Part shown: positions 10,439-19,688 of the stretch, one piece after another
Layout of the letters: every line of letters begins with the position of its first letter
Numbering within the stretch: position 1 is the first letter of the stretch
Origin: Paramicrosporidium saccamoebae KSL3
Lineage: Eukaryota; Fungi; Cryptomycota
Direction: 5' to 3'
Assembly (NCBI GenBank): GCA_002794465.1
Contig: MTSL01000126.1
Location: 46,155-78,154, forward strand
Length of the DNA: 32,000 nt
The notes under the pieces: generated by a model
Database searches by the model: none
Told to the model about the DNA's origin: nothing
The model's input: the letters and a program-made list of their open reading frames with translations, nothing else
Position numbers and translations under genes: made by a program

Positions 10439-11668
10439 ATGGGCGCTATTCTGAGCACCTGTTGTCCCCCGCGGCAAGACTCGGTGGAGGAAATCCCCAT
10501 GACGCCGGTTCCGCTTCGTCGTCCCTCGGTGCTGGACCCTCAGACGTTTGAATTTGTCGACGCACTGCATCTCCCCAAGGAGGTGGTGGAACGGCCAAAA
10601 CGCGACTCGGTCTTCAAGACGTGGTTTTCTGGAGGAGTTTTCTCCTCCCGCGCCTCAAAGAGCGAGGGACGGCCGGTGAGCAAGCCGGTAAAGATGTTGA
10701 TGAGTGGGACGGGCGAGTCAGGCAAGTCGACCATTATTAAGCAGATGAAGATTATTCATCAGGGCGGCTTCACTCAGGAGGAGCTGAATGACTTCCGGCC
10801 GCAGATATACCGGAACATACAGGACTCGATAGTACAGATACTGGACACTATGGAGCCAGAGGAGCTTAGTCGGGACGAACGGACACTGGAGGCAGTGTGG
10901 GTGGTCCGGAGATTTAAGCCGGTGTTTGAGGAGCTAACCAGTCTGCCGACAGAATATGTAATGGCCATTAATTATTTATGGTTGGAGGTGATTCGAAGTA
11001 GTTTCGACAGTGTCCTTAGGAAAAGTTATATTCTGGACTCGGCGCCCTACTTTTTTGATGAAGTGGACCGGATAGCCCAGCCGGGCTTTGTGCCAAGCAA
11101 TGACGACGTTTTGAGGGCTCGTATCACCACCACGGGCATTAATGAGTACACATTCAAGTCGGGTCCGTTGAACATTATTATGATTGACGTTGGAGGCCAG
11201 CGGCCGGAACGGAGGAAATGGATTGAAACCTTTGATAATGTCACCACACTGATATTCTGTGTGGCCATTAGTGAGTACGATCACATGTTGAGGGAGGAGC
11301 CTCGACAAAATCGACTTCTCGAGTCGTTTCAGCTCTGGGAATCTGTCGTCAACAGTAAATGGTTCCAGCGCAGCTCTATTGTCCTGTTTTTGAACAAGAA
11401 GGACATTTTCCGACACAAGCTCCGTAGCAATCCGTTGCCCCGATACTTTCCCGAATATCGACCACCAGACTCGTTTCTCTCAGAGGAGGCCTCGTATGAA
11501 CATGCGGCCGAGTTTATCAAGAACAAGTTTCTTGCCATGAACTATGGAAGGGTACAGATTTACCCATATCTGACCTGTGCCACTGACACGAAGAATATTG
11601 ATCTGGTGTTTGCGGCGGTGAAGGAGACGGTGCTTGCGAATAATCTGAGGAGTGCGGGAATACTGTAG
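10439..11668 (+). CDS. GPA2: Heterotrimeric G-protein alpha subunit, resembling fungal group III (Gpa2/GNA-3, cAMP pathway)
   Basis: MG...CC lipidation-type N-terminus, GTGESGKST, DVLRAR..T.GI, DVGGQR, NKKD, TCATD. KQMKIIHQGG, SVVNSKWF and C-terminal VFAAVKETVLANNLRSAGIL match group III. The group assignment is less certain than the G-alpha call. Confidence 0.93.
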   Translation: MGAILSTCCPPRQDSVEEIPMTPVPLRRPSVLDPQTFEFVDALHLPKEVVERPKRDSVFKTWFSGGVFSSRASKSEGRPVSKPVKMLMSGTGESGKSTIIKQMKIIHQGGFTQEELNDFRPQIYRNIQDSIVQILDTMEPEELSRDERTLEAVWVVRRFKPVFEELTSLPTEYVMAINYLWLEVIRSSFDSVLRKSYILDSAPYFFDEVDRIAQPGFVPSNDDVLRARITTTGINEYTFKSGPLNIIMIDVGGQRPERRKWIETFDNVTTLIFCVAISEYDHMLREEPRQNRLLESFQLWESVVNSKWFQRSSIVLFLNKKDIFRHKLRSNPLPRYFPEYRPPDSFLSEEASYEHAAEFIKNKFLAMNYGRVQIYPYLTCATDTKNIDLVFAAVKETVLANNLRSAGIL

Positions 11669-11740
11669 TCCAGCGAGTTAGGAATCCATAAATTAGACAT
11701 TTGTACAAGTGAGCTGAAGTATCAGGGTACTGGTTATTAG

Positions 11741-11810
11741 TGGATAATAGTACGTAGCAGTGTAACAATACGATCCGTACTACGATACAATACAATACAA
11801 TACAATACAT
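11741..11810. repeat. (TACAA)n microsatellite with decayed pentamer flank
   Basis: Four clean TACAA copies at the right end, preceded by degenerate 5-mers. Confidence 0.85.
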
Positions 11811-11848
11811 CTTCCCCGACATCCAATCAGATCATGCTCCACCGTAAA

Positions 11849-12736
11849 ATGAAAGTGTCAATCATACAAATGTTGGTGGGTGAGGACAAGTCGCTAAATG
11901 TTAAACGAGCAATGGCACGGATTCGGGAGGCAGCTACTGCTGGTGCCAAGCTCGTCATTCTTCCAGTACTGCGTAATGTGGATTAACCGGCAGGAGTGCT
12001 TCAATTCTCCCTACAGCACATCTCTATTTCATCAGTATGCGGAGCAGGTTCCAGAGGGTGACACTTGTGTCCAGCTGGCTGCAGCAGCAAAATCCAACAA
12101 TGTCTGGCTGATTGGCGGCACCATCCCAGAGTGTGCAGATGGAAAGGTGTATAATTGCAGCACCGTCTACTCGCCCTCTGGATTCCTCTTTAAGTATCAA
12201 AAGGTACTATTCTCATCTACACTGACTGATGGTAGATGCATTTATTTGATATTGACATTCCCGGAAAAATTTCCTTCAAAGAGTCGGATACACTGTCTGC
12301 AGGGACTCGATTTCAACATTTCGATTGCGAGAGTTTCCGAATCGGCGTGGGTATATGCTACGACTTGCGATTTCCTGAATTCTCCTCCATCCTCGCCTCC
12401 CGTGGCTGCAATCTTATGGTGTTTCCAAGCGCATTCAACACCACCACCGGCCCCTTGCACTGGCATTTGCTGCAACGCGCACGTGCTGTTGATCAGGCCT
12501 GCTATGTTATCAGTGCTTCGCCTGCCCGGGATCCAACGGCCTCCTACAAGGCATATGGCCACTCAATGGTTGTCTCGCCGATGGGTGAGGTACTGGCCGA
12601 GGCGGGAGAGGGCGAAGAAATTTTGTATGCAGAAATCAATCCTTTGCAAGCTGAAGAAACGCGTCGTAATATCCCAGCTTTGCGACAGAAACGTACTGAC
12701 GTATACACTACCCCATCCATCATTGGGGGTGATTGA
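11849..12736 (+). CDS. NIT3: Nitrilase-superfamily omega-amidase (NIT2/yeast Nit3 type), about 275 aa. Exons 11849-11965, 11994-12203, 12236-12736
   Basis: Introns 11966-11993 (28 nt) and 12204-12235 (32 nt) restore LP|ECFNSPY, YQK|MHLFDIDIPGKISFKESDTL and GICYDLRFPE, the Glu-Lys-Cys triad. An in-frame upstream ATG exists at 11834. Confidence 0.94.
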
Positions 12737-12793
12737 GCGCGACTATAGTTTAAAAGAATAATACATTAACTGGACAAGGGTGCTCGCCTTGCA

Positions 12794-14911
12794 ATGACTG
12801 GACTTGTTCAACGTACGCTACCAACTTGTTTTCGCTTATTATTAGCACGCGCTGACCGCTTCCGCAAGCGAAGCTACCACGATGAGGAACATAGGGAGGA
12901 TCCCATCCGCACCATGGAGCAGACCATCTTCAACCTCGGAAACCCGCATCCTACATTGACCATTGAAGAAGATGTAGCCCAAACAGCGACAATGGTTGTT
13001 GGAGAGATGCAGGACATGGTGCCAGCAGTGGTGGCATGTATTCTTGAGTTGCCACACAAGTTGGTGTATTATGTTCGATTGTTAAAGTTGATTGGGAAGG
13101 AAAAGCCCGACTTTGTCAGTGAAGTGGTCAAGACTGTTGCTGCCCAGTTCCCATCCTTTGCAGCTGCTGGTCCGTGGCGTCATTTTGTGCAGTCGGTGCG
13201 TTTTTATGCGACATGCGTAGCCGAGGGCGTTTTGGGGATGGATTGCTTTGTGGAATTTGGAAAGGCATTACTGGCCTGCACGGGCGGAAAGGCGACTGAT
13301 TTTGTGTTATGGACACTCTGTGCTGCCTTACCATTGGCGCCGGTAACCGAACTGGATGGACTGCTGGCTACTGTTTGTGCCCAACGTGGCGACAATGTTC
13401 CTAAGGATCTTACTGGCGTATGGCATTGCATGAAAAATGCATCCCGGCCGGAACCCCATTCCTCTGATAATACGCTGTCAGTTCCCCTGGGATCTGTGAC
13501 TGCCGTGACGGCTGATGATTCTTGGGATGCCGCCTTTGAACCGCTAATGCTCTTTCCAGATGCCTTCCAGTGTGGCGACTATGAGCAATGGACTGTCTAT
13601 TTGTGGTGTCGTATCCTGCTAGAGTCCATGGAGCTTAATCATCGTCGGTGCGCAGACTTGCTGCTCAACGGTATTCCCGCTTCGTACGGCACCTCTGAGA
13701 AGATTGTTGTTCAGTTCCTGTTTGGGGAGTTGCTCCGCAACCGAAGCAACAAGGTGCCGGCTCTCGTCTATGAGACGCTGCTGATGGACTGTTGTCGACT
13801 ATCAAGGACCTTTCCTCCCAATATGGCAAAAGGTCTATTCATGCTCTATGACCAACTCGAAGAACTCGGCTTTGTGGCTACAGACCGATTGGCCTCGTGG
13901 TTTTCCCACCATCTGAGCAATTTTGATTACAAGTGGAAGTGGGCCGCCTGGTCGGCTGTCCTAACGGCACCGCCAACGTCCATGCAGTACGTCTTTGTGC
14001 GCTTTACACTGAAAAAGTTGGTGCGTCTCTCTTACTATGACCGAGTTGCGCCCACTGTTCCCGAAGAGTTCAAGGTAATGCTGCCTGAGAATGTTTGTCC
14101 ACACTTCAAATTTGCCGACAGCGATGACGATGCAGCAGAGATGGCGGGACGGATAACAGAACAGATTCAGAGCCGAGGGAGCATAGAGGAGATTAAGCGG
14201 TCGTTGGGAGCTGCGGATGATGACGAATTGGACGCTGTGCAGCGTGAAGTGCTCCTGCAAAGTCTCTTGCAAGTGGGCTCCAAGTCCCTTTCGCACATGT
14301 TGACTGTGGTGGAAAAATATCTCTCCCTTTTCCAATTGCTGCTCCCCAAACACGGAGATAAGATGAGTGCCAACATGTTCATCCTCGACCAGCTCTATTC
14401 ATTCTGGCGGAGTAGTATGCTGCATTTTGAGTTTGCCGTTGAGCGTCTCATTAATTACCGCATCTTGTTGCCAAAACACGTTATTCAATGGATATTTGAG
14501 CGTGCGGACGAACAGCTTTGTGATGTTGAGGCCTCCTTTTACGAGGTCGTGGCCCATATTATGGGACGGGGCATTATTATGCGCACCATTCAACAATCGT
14601 CCATGATGTCCTCTATTGCGGCAGCCAAGATGAGTGGACAGCCAGAGGAGAGGATTGCTACAACTGTAAGTAATCTCCAGGCTGAATACGAAGAGACGCT
14701 TGCTCTTGCTGTGGAGAAGCTGGCAACGTTGAGGGAGCAACTGGTCGCCTCTGACGAAATGCTCTCAGCCGTGCACAAGTTTACCTGCGCTTTGATAAAG
14801 GAGATTGTCACGTGCTATCAGGCAGACTGTGTCAAGATTTCTGGAGGCGTGCTGGCCGCGGTAGGACGGAAAATGTCCAATGAAATTAGAGTTATCCTGG
14901 AAGAATTGTAA
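12794..14911 (+). CDS. STO1: Nuclear cap-binding complex large subunit CBP80/NCBP1/Sto1
   Basis: Basic N-terminal RKR cluster, LPHKLVYY, WFSHHLSNFDYKWKW, RLSYYDRV, GSKSLSH. A probable in-frame 33-nt intron lies at 12813-12845 (GTACG...TTAG). Confidence 0.9.
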   Translation: MTGLVQRTLPTCFRLLLARADRFRKRSYHDEEHREDPIRTMEQTIFNLGNPHPTLTIEEDVAQTATMVVGEMQDMVPAVVACILELPHKLVYYVRLLKLIGKEKPDFVSEVVKTVAAQFPSFAAAGPWRHFVQSVRFYATCVAEGVLGMDCFVEFGKALLACTGGKATDFVLWTLCAALPLAPVTELDGLLATVCAQRGDNVPKDLTGVWHCMKNASRPEPHSSDNTLSVPLGSVTAVTADDSWDAAFEPLMLFPDAFQCGDYEQWTVYLWCRILLESMELNHRRCADLLLNGIPASYGTSEKIVVQFLFGELLRNRSNKVPALVYETLLMDCCRLSRTFPPNMAKGLFMLYDQLEELGFVATDRLASWFSHHLSNFDYKWKWAAWSAVLTAPPTSMQYVFVRFTLKKLVRLSYYDRVAPTVPEEFKVMLPENVCPHFKFADSDDDAAEMAGRITEQIQSRGSIEEIKRSLGAADDDELDAVQREVLLQSLLQVGSKSLSHMLTVVEKYLSLFQLLLPKHGDKMSANMFILDQLYSFWRSSMLHFEFAVERLINYRILLPKHVIQWIFERADEQLCDVEASFYEVVAHIMGRGIIMRTIQQSSMMSSIAAAKMSGQPEERIATTVSNLQAEYEETLALAVEKLATLREQLVASDEMLSAVHKFTCALIKEIVTCYQADCVKISGGVLAAVGRKMSNEIRVILEEL

Positions 14912-15033
14912 CCACGGTCATTACAGCTCACCCGCTGATTGGCCTAAATACCAATACAACTACATATGTGATATTAGCAAGATTGTTGCACTAATAAGTC
15001 TATGGAGCTAATGCTGCTAGTGCCATCGCAAAG

Positions 15034-15540
15034 ATGAACTTTGCCTCCATCGGCATTCTCATCATTTTGGCGTTCCTGGCGTCGACGAGTGGGAGACGAC
15101 ATGGCAAGAAGCAGACGGTAAAATTCTCAAGCTCCACCTCCAGCTACAGCAGCACAGAAGAGGACAATGCCCTCTCTCGCCTCCGCGAGGATGTCATCAA
15201 GACGCTCACTACTTACGTCTCCTCCCTACACTCCTCTCTCCGTACAAAGAATCGCGCCCTTGCACGCATCCTGATCTCCCGTCGCATGGGCGAAACGGCA
15301 ATGCACGAGGCGATTCGGGAGTGGGCATTGGGCAGTGTGAATGCGGCAAAGTCACGGGCCAAGGAAGCAGGAGGCGAGCTGAAGACGGCTGTGCAGACGA
15401 GATGGGGAATGAAGGGGGTTGGGAGGAGGAATGCGTTTGCCAGCACAGCCCACAACCATAGAGCCGAGGAGGATCGGACCAACCCGCTCCGAGCCGGCAG
15501 ACCACATGGCAATGATCATGAGTTTACTTTTCCATTATAG
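15034..15540 (+). CDS. Orphan secreted protein, 168 aa (poly-Ser/SL[RK]-motif family member 1)
   Basis: Hydrophobic N-terminus MNFASIGILIILAFLASTSG, then RR, basic segment, Ser tract and helical region with YVSSLHSSLR. Confidence 0.75.
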   Translation: MNFASIGILIILAFLASTSGRRHGKKQTVKFSSSTSSYSSTEEDNALSRLREDVIKTLTTYVSSLHSSLRTKNRALARILISRRMGETAMHEAIREWALGSVNAAKSRAKEAGGELKTAVQTRWGMKGVGRRNAFASTAHNHRAEEDRTNPLRAGRPHGNDHEFTFPL

Positions 15541-15677
15541 CCATTTACAATGGTTTATGTCCATGTCTATGTCTGTGTCTGTGTAATAAAATCCCCACCT
15601 GCGACTATTGAGCCTGAATTCAAAATGTGCTTACAAGGGTTTAGTGTATCAAATTTCATTAATAAGACCAGAGATCT

Positions 15678-15732
15678 TGTGGTTCTATGGTTTTGTGATT
15701 CTGTGGTTCTGTGGTTTTGTAGTTCTATGATT
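15678..15732. repeat. Degenerate 8-nt tandem repeat (near GTTCTGTG), about 6 copies
   Basis: GTTCTATG GTTTTGTG ATTCTGTG GTTCTGTG GTTTTGTA GTTCTATG in the spacer between two secreted-protein genes. Confidence 0.8.
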
Positions 15733-16014
15733 GTTGGAGTCGAGTTTGAACCCCCTTTTCACTGTTGACACTAAAATCTCAATCTATCATTGTTATTCGA
15801 TTTAGTCAACATCTAGGTCCACTTGCAACCTGTGCAGTAGTCAATATTCCAATTCTAGTAAAGGTCGAGATTGCTTTCAATTGGGTAAAGGTATTCTTAG
15901 TCGGGAACGAATATGCCCGATTGATAAATATTTGAAAATATGGAATAATCTACCTAATCAGTGATATTGATCGTCGTTCTATTTAGTTGGCCAAAAGTGA
16001 TATTAAAAAACACA

Positions 16015-16590
16015 ATGATCTGCAGTCTTCAAAGCATTCTCTCATTCTGTCTCTTTTCTCTGGTAACCGTCAGTGCCTCCCGTCGTACCGCTCCCCCTCG
16101 AGGCACCATCCGCCCTCGAGACGTGACTCGTCCCATCTTGCTCGCAAGCTCCTCTTCATCCTCCTCTAGCAGCAGCGAGAGGGCTGGTGGCTTGACACGC
16201 AGGGAGCTTCAGGAGGCCAGACGCTTATTGGAGCCATTCTACAGCACTGTCAATGATTCTCTAAAGTTGAAGGGCGAGCATCTCCTCACTCTCCTTGCAA
16301 AGGCTGGTACGTTGACCCTCGCCGAGGCCGACATCCTGGTTTTTGAAGAGGCTTGTCATCAGGCTCTCACACGTCGTCTCGCAGTCACTAGGGAGGAGCT
16401 CATTGGCATCTATAAGCAGGAGGGCACAGAATTGAAGTCACAGAGAGAGGCAACTAGGGCCTTTAAGGATCAGCTCACTCAGAACACTTTAACACAGGTG
16501 GCCAAGGAAGTAAACGAGGAGCGAAAGCGCAAGCGAGAAGAGCGCGAGGAGGAAAAGAGCGGACGCAAGAGATTCCGCTCTGGGAAATAA
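16015..16590 (+). CDS. Orphan secreted protein, 191 aa, with C-terminal NLS-like cluster (family member 2)
   Basis: First ATG at 16015 (the track start at 15961 is GTG). Signal peptide MICSLQSILSFCLFSLVTVSA, Ser10 tract, FYSTVNDSLK, C-terminal RKRKREEREEEKSGRKRFR. Confidence 0.8.
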   Translation: MICSLQSILSFCLFSLVTVSASRRTAPPRGTIRPRDVTRPILLASSSSSSSSSSERAGGLTRRELQEARRLLEPFYSTVNDSLKLKGEHLLTLLAKAGTLTLAEADILVFEEACHQALTRRLAVTREELIGIYKQEGTELKSQREATRAFKDQLTQNTLTQVAKEVNEERKRKREEREEEKSGRKRFRSGK

Positions 16591-16670
16591 GCATTCATTA
16601 ATTGCATAACACACAATACATTACATTTCTGTAATTTCCATGTTGTCCGCCGATCAGCCAATCAGAGGCC

Positions 16671-19600
16671 ATGTCGAGCGCAGACGAGTTGGAGTTTCAC
16701 GACGCCATTGATGCTGAGGAGACGCTGGCAAAGGTTGAAAGGATTGTAGACGAAATTGTTGAGGAGGTTTTATTTAACGAAAAACCAAGTTTAGCGGAGA
16801 GTGAGGTAGTCTCTCTGAAACCCGCCAAAGAGTCCAAGGACAAAGTCGTTAAGAAGGAGTCGCTCTTGACCGGAACGAAAAATGGTGTAGGGAGCACTGA
16901 GTCTGCGAACAAAAGTGCCAACGACAATTTCGACGAGCAGAGGACTAGATTTGTTGAGCGACTGGATAAAGAAGAAGCTGAGGCGGTCATTGGGGATATT
17001 GAAGGGGCCATAGAGAGTGTAGTTGAAGAGGCCCTGACTGGACTAACTCTTACAGAGGGGTCAGAGTCGGAATTTGAGACCAAGCGCACTGAATTTATTG
17101 CACAATTGGAGAGAGAGAATATGGATGAAATTGTGAGTAACATTGAATGTGCCGTCGAGAGTGTTATTGAGGAAGCCTTAGTAGGTGACGTAGAGTCTAG
17201 CGATGCAGACTTTAACAATGGGAGACTGGGTGATGAGTTGAGCGGTGGAGATTTAAATAATGGGGATGTAAGTGGTGGGGATGTAAATGATGGGGATTTA
17301 AGTGACGAAGAGTCGAATGACGGAGATTTGGATATTGGAAAGTCAAGTGACGGAAAACTTGACAGCCGCCATCAAGAATCTGGTAGCAATGGTCAAAAGC
17401 ACTTGGAGTCTAGAAGCAACGACCCAAGGCCTTTAGAATCTATAAGCAACGATCAAAAGCTTGCAGAATCTAAAAGCAATGATCAAAGGCTTGCAGAATC
17501 TAAGAGCAATGATCAAAAGCTTGCAGAATCTAAAAGCAATGATCAGAAATCCTCCAAGCCTAAAAACAGTGATCAAAGCAAGCCCAAAAGCAATGAACAA
17601 AAACACCCAAACCCTAGAAACGATCATCAAGGACACTCAAAGCCTAAAAACAGTGATCAAGAGCACTTGGAATTGAAAAGCAACGATCAAGAACCCCCAA
17701 AGCCTAAAAGCAATGATCAAGAATCCTTCGAGTCTAAAAGCAACGATCAAGAATCCCAAAAGCCTAAGAGCAATGATCAAGAACATCTAAACTCTAGGAG
17801 TAGTGATCACGAATCCTCCAAACCCAAAAGCAACGATCACGAATCCTCCAAGCCTAAAAGCAATGACCAAGAACCCCTAAAGCCTAAAAGCAATGGCCAA
17901 GAATCCTCAAAGCCTAAGAGTAGTGATCAAGAATCCTCAAAGCCTAGGAGTAGTGATCAAGAACATTCCCAGTCTAAACACAATAATCAAAAGCCCTCAA
18001 AGCCTAAGAACAATGATCAAGAGCCCTCCAAGCCTAAAAGCAATGGCCAAGAATCCTCAAAGCCTAGGAGTAGTGATCAAGAACATTCCCAGTCTAAACA
18101 CAATGATCAAAAGCCCTCAAAGCCTAAAAACAATGATCAAGAGCATCTAAACCTTAGGAGCAGTGACCACGGATCCTCCAAACCCAAAAGCAACGATCAC
18201 GAATCCTCAAAGCCTAGGAGCAATGATCAAGAACTCCTACAGCCTAGAAGCAATGCTCAAGAATTATCCAAGCCTAAGAGCAATGATCAAGAGCCCCCAA
18301 AACCCAAAAACAGCGATCAAGAACCCCCCAAGTCCAATAATAAGGATCAAGAGCACCCAATTGCCGAACAATCAGATAGTAGCACAGACTCGGATCGGAT
18401 ACGAGTGTTGGACAAACTCTCCGCCGCTGCTACCGCTACTGCCAGTAACGCTACTTCTGCAACGACGCAGAATGACTCATATCTGGGATCTTGGGGAGGA
18501 ATGTTTTCAGCGCTAACGGGAATCGGTTCAACTGTCAGTACGCAAGTGGACAAGATTTACGACGCACTGGATCCCAACCTGCCCGAGACAGAGGAAGATC
18601 CGAGATCCATCAAAACTCTACTGGATAAGCTGAGTCCCAACTCGGCGAAATCCAACGACAGCGAGACAAGCGGGTCATGGTTGTCCGGCTTTGACAAGAC
18701 ATTCGACTTTGCATCAGACAAGATTGGGCAAGCATTGATTGGGGGGATCAAAAGACTTGAATCGACGGTGGGGGTGGCAATTGAGCCAATTTCGTCCTCT
18801 AGCAGCGTCAATGAGGTCGTTTACGATGTGGATAATCCCGACGCGATTAGCACGAGTGGCACTAGTGGGGGTGAGGGACCATCACCCGTGTCGCAGGTAA
18901 GTCAGTTGGGGAAGAACATTTATTCAGCGGGAATGAGTACTCTGGGAAAGCTGGGCCGGACGACAGCAGATATGGTAGTGTCTACCAAGGACCGAATTAC
19001 GCCCCTTTTGGAAAAGGACAGCAAAATTGATCGGAGTGAGCTGAAGAAGCCGTTTGCAGTGCTATTCGACGAGTTTTGTGGAAATGACGCTCTGGAAAAG
19101 CTACAGATCCAATCCACACAGGCAGCAATCCAGCTAAAGAGCAAATTGAAGGCATTGAACCCACAACAGCTAAAGAAGGCACAGGGAGAACTAAAGGGTG
19201 TTGGAGCATTACTGGATAACATTGAGGCCAGCGAGGCAAAGCTAGTGTGGCCAGACTTGTTCAGTACGGGGGAAGCTGAAATGGTGACCAAACTGCAGGA
19301 CAGCTTTGTGCATAGTTTGGGAAAAATGGGAAATGTAGACGAATCTCTGGCCGAGCTACGTGATAATGTTGAGACACCCCTCCCCCCAGACATGCCGTCG
19401 CTGTTAGTCTATTTGGGCCGTTTTCATTTGGCCAAAATGCTCTCAGCGGCTCTACATTTAACACTCCTATTGGCACAACCTGACGAGACGGAAATCCACC
19501 GATTGGCCACGGTGCTCCGGGGGAAAATTGAATCCATCACGCAAATAGAAGAGGTGGCTGGATTGGATTCGAATCGTCGAAAGGCCGCGTTGCAATTGTT

Positions 19601-19688
19601 GGCGACGGATGTATCACAGGCACAAACGACGCTAAGAGATGCGCTACTGACTCTGCAGCCGCAGCTGAGATTGGCCCGACTGCAATAA
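16671..19688 (+). CDS. 1005-aa protein: FFAT-like N-terminus, acidic duplicated helices, about 30 decapeptide repeats and a FAM114A/DUF719-like C-terminal region
   Basis: Uninterrupted 3-kb ORF. C-terminal GSWGG, GMSTLGKLGRTTADMV and LFDEFCGNDALEKL recall FAM114A segments (WGSWG, GLDALEFIGKKTM, LFDEFQGLSHLEAL) recalled from memory. The ORF is solid; the family call is moderate. Confidence 0.7.
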   Translation: MSSADELEFHDAIDAEETLAKVERIVDEIVEEVLFNEKPSLAESEVVSLKPAKESKDKVVKKESLLTGTKNGVGSTESANKSANDNFDEQRTRFVERLDKEEAEAVIGDIEGAIESVVEEALTGLTLTEGSESEFETKRTEFIAQLERENMDEIVSNIECAVESVIEEALVGDVESSDADFNNGRLGDELSGGDLNNGDVSGGDVNDGDLSDEESNDGDLDIGKSSDGKLDSRHQESGSNGQKHLESRSNDPRPLESISNDQKLAESKSNDQRLAESKSNDQKLAESKSNDQKSSKPKNSDQSKPKSNEQKHPNPRNDHQGHSKPKNSDQEHLELKSNDQEPPKPKSNDQESFESKSNDQESQKPKSNDQEHLNSRSSDHESSKPKSNDHESSKPKSNDQEPLKPKSNGQESSKPKSSDQESSKPRSSDQEHSQSKHNNQKPSKPKNNDQEPSKPKSNGQESSKPRSSDQEHSQSKHNDQKPSKPKNNDQEHLNLRSSDHGSSKPKSNDHESSKPRSNDQELLQPRSNAQELSKPKSNDQEPPKPKNSDQEPPKSNNKDQEHPIAEQSDSSTDSDRIRVLDKLSAAATATASNATSATTQNDSYLGSWGGMFSALTGIGSTVSTQVDKIYDALDPNLPETEEDPRSIKTLLDKLSPNSAKSNDSETSGSWLSGFDKTFDFASDKIGQALIGGIKRLESTVGVAIEPISSSSSVNEVVYDVDNPDAISTSGTSGGEGPSPVSQVSQLGKNIYSAGMSTLGKLGRTTADMVVSTKDRITPLLEKDSKIDRSELKKPFAVLFDEFCGNDALEKLQIQSTQAAIQLKSKLKALNPQQLKKAQGELKGVGALLDNIEASEAKLVWPDLFSTGEAEMVTKLQDSFVHSLGKMGNVDESLAELRDNVETPLPPDMPSLLVYLGRFHLAKMLSAALHLTLLLAQPDETEIHRLATVLRGKIESITQIEEVAGLDSNRRKAALQLLATDVSQAQTTLRDALLTLQPQLRLARLQ
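17401..18360 (+). repeat. Coding minisatellite, 30-nt unit (consensus near AAGCCTAAAAGCAATGATCAAGAATCCTCC = KPKSNDQESS), about 30 copies
   Basis: Directly visible: AATGATCAA-type cores recur at the same column of the 60-nt lines. One shortened 24-nt unit near 17560-17585. Confidence 0.97.

Noticed and set aside
15735-15760. GGTTCAAAC B-box/T-loop-like sequence on the minus strand
   Set aside because: No T-stem, acceptor stem or anticodon arm can be built, so it is not a tRNA.
16201-16215. PEXEL-like RELQE in the 16015 protein
   Set aside because: RxLxE is common in helices and is not shared by the other two family members.
17433-18516. Alternative-frame and antisense ORFs in the repeat region
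   Set aside because: They are by-products of the 30-nt coding repeat lacking stops in other frames.
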